Below are positions 59,599 to 64,000 of a DNA stretch of 64,000 nucleotides, in pieces. The stretch is from NCBI RefSeq assembly GCF_964213995.1, contig NC_135824.1:33418001-33482000 (forward strand), read 5' to 3'. The notes under the pieces were generated by a model. It had not been told where the DNA came from, searched no databases, and worked only from the letters and a program-made list of their open reading frames with translations. Source of the stretch: Mustelus asterias (taxonomy: Eukaryota). Every line of letters starts with the position of its first letter. Positions within the stretch are counted from its first letter, which is position 1. The position numbers and the translations under genes are program-made.

Positions 59599-60936
59599 CC
59601 CTTACCAAAAGCCAGCAGAGCTTAAACAAAGGTAGTCATCAACCTATGATGTTCTTTTTGACACAGCGCAGGCAGTGTCTGTAGAGAGAGAGAGAAAAAC
59701 AGGGCAGAGTTTTAACCATTGTCTGGTCGTTCCAGATGGCAGAACAAGAAGTGGGATGGGGGAAGAGAGTTGGAGATATTACGTCCTGGGGAGTGAGAAT
59801 TTGGAGCTGTCCCCAGGTCCGCTGAGGTTTAACTGCATGCACCCCAAACTTAAGATGGGAGCTGGCCTCCCTACATCTGCTGGGAGTTTTGGAAGGAGCT
59901 CCTTGGCTAGCTCAGGGATTGGTGAATACATCCAGATGGGATCAGTTACCTTTCCGTTTTGCTCTATAGGATCAAATAAATCCATTTTTATTTTAATCTT
60001 CATCTCTCCAGGGTTATTGGAGAAGTGAAGTGCCATTCCAAATAATGATAGCACAGCAGGGCTGATACCACTGTTGTGGGCCCGTCCAACCTGACTAGAG
60101 AGATGGCCCAGTTCCCACAATTTAAGATGGGATAAGCAACTTTGGCTTTAGCTTTTACTCCACTTTTCTATCACCATGGGAACTGGTACCCGGAATATTG
60201 AGGTCATTAGTTTTAGAGGTAAAACTTTGGGGTAATTACAAGCTAATTCTTCAATGGAGAGTAAGTTTATTTACACTTCATTTATTTATTAGTCACAAAG
60301 TTTTTAAAAGTTTATTTATTAGTCGCAAGTAAGGCTTACATGAACACTGCAATGAAGTTACTGTGAAATTCCCCTAGTCACCACACTCTGGCGCCTGTTC
60401 AGGTCAATGTACCTAACCAGCACGCCTTTCAGACAGTGGGAGGAAACCGGAGCACCCGGAGGAAACCCACACAGACACGGGGAGAATGGGCTAACTCCAC
60501 ACAGACAGTGACTCAAGCCAGGAATCGAACCCGGGTCCCTGGCACTGTGAAGCAGCAGTGCTAGCCACCGTGCCACAAATTCTGACTCTTCCATGGCTGG
60601 TGGGTTATGTTAAGACTGGCGCCAGCAACGTGATGTGTGTGAAATGGTGCTGATCGTTATTTATTTTGCACATCTCATGGATTCAACAACGCAATGAGTG
60701 CGTGCCAAGTTGTAAATCGCAAGATTTAGAATGGTGGCAACTCGTATTATTCTTTGAGATTTTCCACTTATTTAGCAATGGCAACTTATATTTATATAGC
60801 GCCTCTAATACAGCTTGACAGCCTTTACAGGAGCATTATAAAACATAATTTGACAGCGTCAATAAGGTGGTACTGCATTAGAGCAAAATGTCCAAAGGCC
60901 TGATAAGAAGGCTCTGAACACCAGATTTATTTGGAA

Positions 60937-60973
60937 TCACAAGCTTTCGGAGCACTGCTCTTTCATCAGCTGA
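60937..60973 (-). ncRNA. Minimal type I hammerhead ribozyme motif (degenerate)
   Basis: tcag-CTGATGA-a-agagc-agt-gctcc-GAAA-gc-TT-gtga. One mismatch each in stems I and II. Confidence 0.55.
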
Positions 60974-61362
60974 GTGGAGGTTAGTTCCCAAACACAGTCA
61001 TATATAGGCAAAGACACAACTGCAAGATAATGACAGTTTGGAATGTGAAAAATGGTTGGAAAGCAAGTCTTTACAGGTAATCAAGTCTTTACAGGTACAA
61101 ACAGCGTGTGTGGAGAGAGGGATAATCACAGGTTAAAGAGATGTGCATTGTCTCAAGTCAGAACAGTTAGTAGGATTTTGCAAACCCAGGCAGTATGGTG
61201 GGGGTGACATGTAGTGTGACATGAACCCAAGATCCCGATTGAGGCCATCCTCATGCATGCGGAACTTGACTATCAGTTTCTGCTTGGCGATGCTGTGTTG
61301 TCATGTGTCTTGAAGGCTGCCTTGGAGAATGCTTACCCAAAGATCGGAGGCTGAATCTCCAC

Positions 61363-61399
61363 TCACCTGATGAAGAAGCAGCGCTCCGAAAGCTCGTGA
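61363..61399 (+). ncRNA. Minimal type I hammerhead ribozyme motif
   Basis: tcac-CTGATGA-a-gaagc-agc-gctcc-GAAA-gc-TC-gtga. Intact core, 4-bp stem I, palindromic AGCT stem III region, one stem II mismatch. Confidence 0.65.
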
Positions 61400-62714
61400 T
61401 TCCAAATAAACCTGTTGGACTTTAACCTGGTGTTGTGAGACTTCTTACTGTGCCCACCCCAGTCCAATGCCAGCATCTCCACCTCAAAGGCCTGATCAAA
61501 GAGCTAAGCTTTAAGTTGTGACTTATCCTTTTGTTGGTAAGATACAAAACATCTACTTGTACCTCTGCTAAAAGATCCAGTCGTAAATTTACACAACAGC
61601 AACGTTAGCTTCCTGCATGGAAACACTTTGCAATTTGAGCAGAATAATTTAATTTAAAATAATGCACAAAGGGAGTGCTTGCAAACACATGGTATTGTGA
61701 CTTGTACGTAACTTCAAAGTGTCCAGGTAAAGTATATCAGAAAATATTACATCATTTGGCTAAAGGAAAAACAGAAAACGCTGCAACCCCTCAGCAAGCC
61801 ACGCAGCATGTTTGGAGAGAGAAACCGAGTTAATATTCTCTTGGGGTCGATAATCTTTATCTCCACAGGTGCTAAAATGAAATCAAAATACTGCAGATGC
61901 AGAAGTTGTAAAATAAAAACAGGAAGTGCTGGAAAAACCCAGAATCAGCAGCATACGGACTCAAAACATAATCACCGAATTGTGACATCAAGTCTGTACC
62001 AGCAGGGGAGCCCCCTCGGCTCCCCCTCAGTTGGGGGATGCCCCGTGGCATCAAGTACCCTCCGGGCATTTAATTGGCCACCGTCGAACCTTCCTGCAAT
62101 TGAGGTCACCAATGGCAGAAGTCACGCCTGCTAATCAGAGGTTGAAAGCTCCTCATGCTGCCAGTGGCACTGTACCCACCCGATGCTCAGGATAATGGAG
62201 GGACCCCGGGCCACAGCTGAGTGAAGGCTGGTCACCGGAGACGGGAATGCGATGGATGGGGTTAGAGGCAAGGCAAGGTGTGGCTTTCGGCAACCAGCCC
62301 CCTGCCTGATGCCAGGTCCCGCGATGGTGCGCAGAGGGCCTGATGTGAGGGAATCTCTCAGCAGGCCTCTGGCAGGCTCAACAGATTTTACAGGGTGGTC
62401 TTACAAGAATGTGGGAGACCAGTGCGACCTCGATTCAATCCCCGTGTCACCACTAAATTGCAATGCACTCCAGGATCATGGATGTCACGTAGCTCATTAA
62501 TGTGTCTAATTGACATCCTGTCCTTGGAAGCCGGGAGCCTGGGAGGCTGATACAGGGCCTTTCCCATGGCCTGGCCACTACACTTCCAATCACAAAAGGC
62601 TGCAGAAAATCCAGCCCTACATGTAAGTATAAGTAAATATTCATGGTGTTAATCTATTATAATGTTTCAGCTTTGTATTGGTATGCAAATTATATTTCTT
62701 TGATCTGTCACCAG

Positions 62715-62843
62715 AAAGTCCAGTCATCAGATCTTCCAGAGAGAATGTCACAAATCTTACCTCGTGGAATTTAACAGCAGTTGTCGGAAGTGTTTTATTT
62801 GCCAGACTTGGGGCGACAATCACCATTTCCTGTCCTGTTGAAG
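62715..62843 (+). CDS. ADAMTSL3: ADAMTS-like protein 3, internal exon starting the next Ig-like domain, 129 nt, phase 1-1; absent from the ORF track in this frame
   Basis: Acceptor ttctttgatctgtcaccag| and donor gaag|gtgagt. Encodes (E)SPVIRSSRENVTNLTSWNLTAVVGSVLFARLGATITISCPVE(G). Confidence 0.9.
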
Positions 62844-63234
62844 GTGAGTAAAACAGCTGGAGCTCTCTGCAGCATTTTTGTTTCAAGAGTATTGCATTAT
62901 ACGTTCAGGTTATTGGAGAATTTTACAGGACAGAGCAAGGACTACCGAGTGTTTGGTCATCCCCTTCCAAGGGGTGACACACCAGTCTCATTCCTTTCTG
63001 CCATCCCAGTGCTTTGAACGGCTATCACAGACACTGATCTCCCCCCTCACCAAGGGAGCACCATCCCTAACAATTGGAAGAAAATAAACTCTCCTTTCTA
63101 TATGTTCTTCCGCTGTTGATCTTTTAACTTATTCCCTCTGGTTAATAACTCACCAGTCAGTGGAAAAAATGTCGTCCTATGTCCACTACCTAAGAAAAAT
63201 ATTGGGGATCTCTTGTCAGGAGGGAGTGCTGAAT

Positions 63235-63775
63235 ATGGTCAGACCCCATTTGGAGTATTGTGAGCAGTTTTGGGTGCCATATCGAAGGAAGAATGTGCTG
63301 GCCTTGGAAAGAATGATCCCTGGAATGAAGAGCTTGTCGTTTGAGGAACGGTTGAGGACTCTGGGTCTGTACTTGTTGGAGTTTAGAAGGATGAGGGGGG
63401 ATCTTATTGAAACTTACAGGATACTGCAAGGCCTGGATAAAGTGGACATGGAAAGGATATTTCCACTAGTAGGAAAAGCGAGAACCAGAGGGAACAACCT
63501 CAGGCTAAAGGGACGATCCTTTAAAACACAGATGAGGAGGAATTTCTTCAGCCAGAGAGTGGTGAATCTGTGGAACTCTTTGCCGCAGAAGGCTGTGGAG
63601 GCCGGGTCATTGAGTGTCTTTAAGACAGAGATAGATAGATTCTTGATTAATAAGGGGATCAGGGGTTATTGGGAAAAGGCAGGAGAATTGGGATGAGAAA
63701 AATATCAGCCATGATTGAATGGAGCAGACTCGATGGGCCGAGTGGCCTAATTCTGCTCTTATGTCTTATGGTCTA
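63235..63775 (+). mobile_element. CR1 3' fragment
   Basis: VRPHLEYCEQFW...RRMRGDLIETY...WNSLP. Tail TCTTATGTCTTATGGTCT. Confidence 0.9.
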
Positions 63776-64000
63776 ATATGGAAGTACAGAAGTGTCTAGG
63801 GATTGCCAATGTGTTTGCTGTCTTGTGTTAGCAGTAGCTCCATTGGTTGGGTCATGTGAGCAAACTGATGATAGCGTCATCCCCAAAGACTTGCTCTATG
63901 TGAACTTGCTGTCGTCACGAGATCCACAGGTCACCCACACCTGCGATACAAGAATATCTAAAAGTCAGACTTCAAGTTGACCTGGATTGGAGTCGGTGCA

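Larger units (their letters stand above)
60905..61484 (-). mobile_element. Penelope-like retroelement, 5' truncated, with inverted pseudo-LTR and 12-bp TSD
   Basis: Minus strand ~61356-61205 translates SASDLWVSILQGSLQDT*QHSIAKQKLIVKFRMHEDGLNRDLGFMSHY, resembling a GIY-YIG C-terminus. CAAAGGCCTGAT at 60893-60904 and 61485-61496. Confidence 0.8.

Noticed and set aside
4422-60594. Dozens of similar short ORFs (MAQWLALLPHSARD..., CGRKPEHPEET...)
   Set aside because: Translations of V-SINE copies, not a gene family.
1-64000. CRISPR arrays, operons or prokaryotic systems
   Set aside because: No regularly spaced direct repeats; the sequence is vertebrate exon-intron DNA.

Overview
Vertebrate (elasmobranch, probably shark) genomic DNA. 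The + strand carries six consecutive internal coding exons of ADAMTSL3: 12971-13181, 15059-15238, 17446-17599, 21114-22230, 56484-56611 and 62715-62843. All have GT-AG introns with compatible phases and splice into 1919 nt of open frame encoding TSR repeats and Ig-like domains. The rest of the window is intron packed with transposons: one apparently intact CR1 LINE (end of esterase ORF1 plus a complete 939-aa EN/RT ORF2, 1-3362), many truncated CR1 copies, a second CR1-clade LINE, Rex1/Babar-like 3' ends, HE1-like V-SINEs with two different tails, a third tRNA-derived SINE, old DeuSINE remnants, Penelope-like fragments with hammerhead-ribozyme motifs, solo-LTR-like and MITE-like elements. The most notable observation is at the CR1 ORF1/ORF2 junction: a correctly phased U_UUA_AAC slippery heptamer directly before the ORF1 stop, an open -1 frame into ORF2, and G-tracts starting 6 nt downstream. 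This is a candidate -1 programmed ribosomal frameshift in a LINE. Repeat family names are from recognition, not database searches, and repeat boundaries are approximate.
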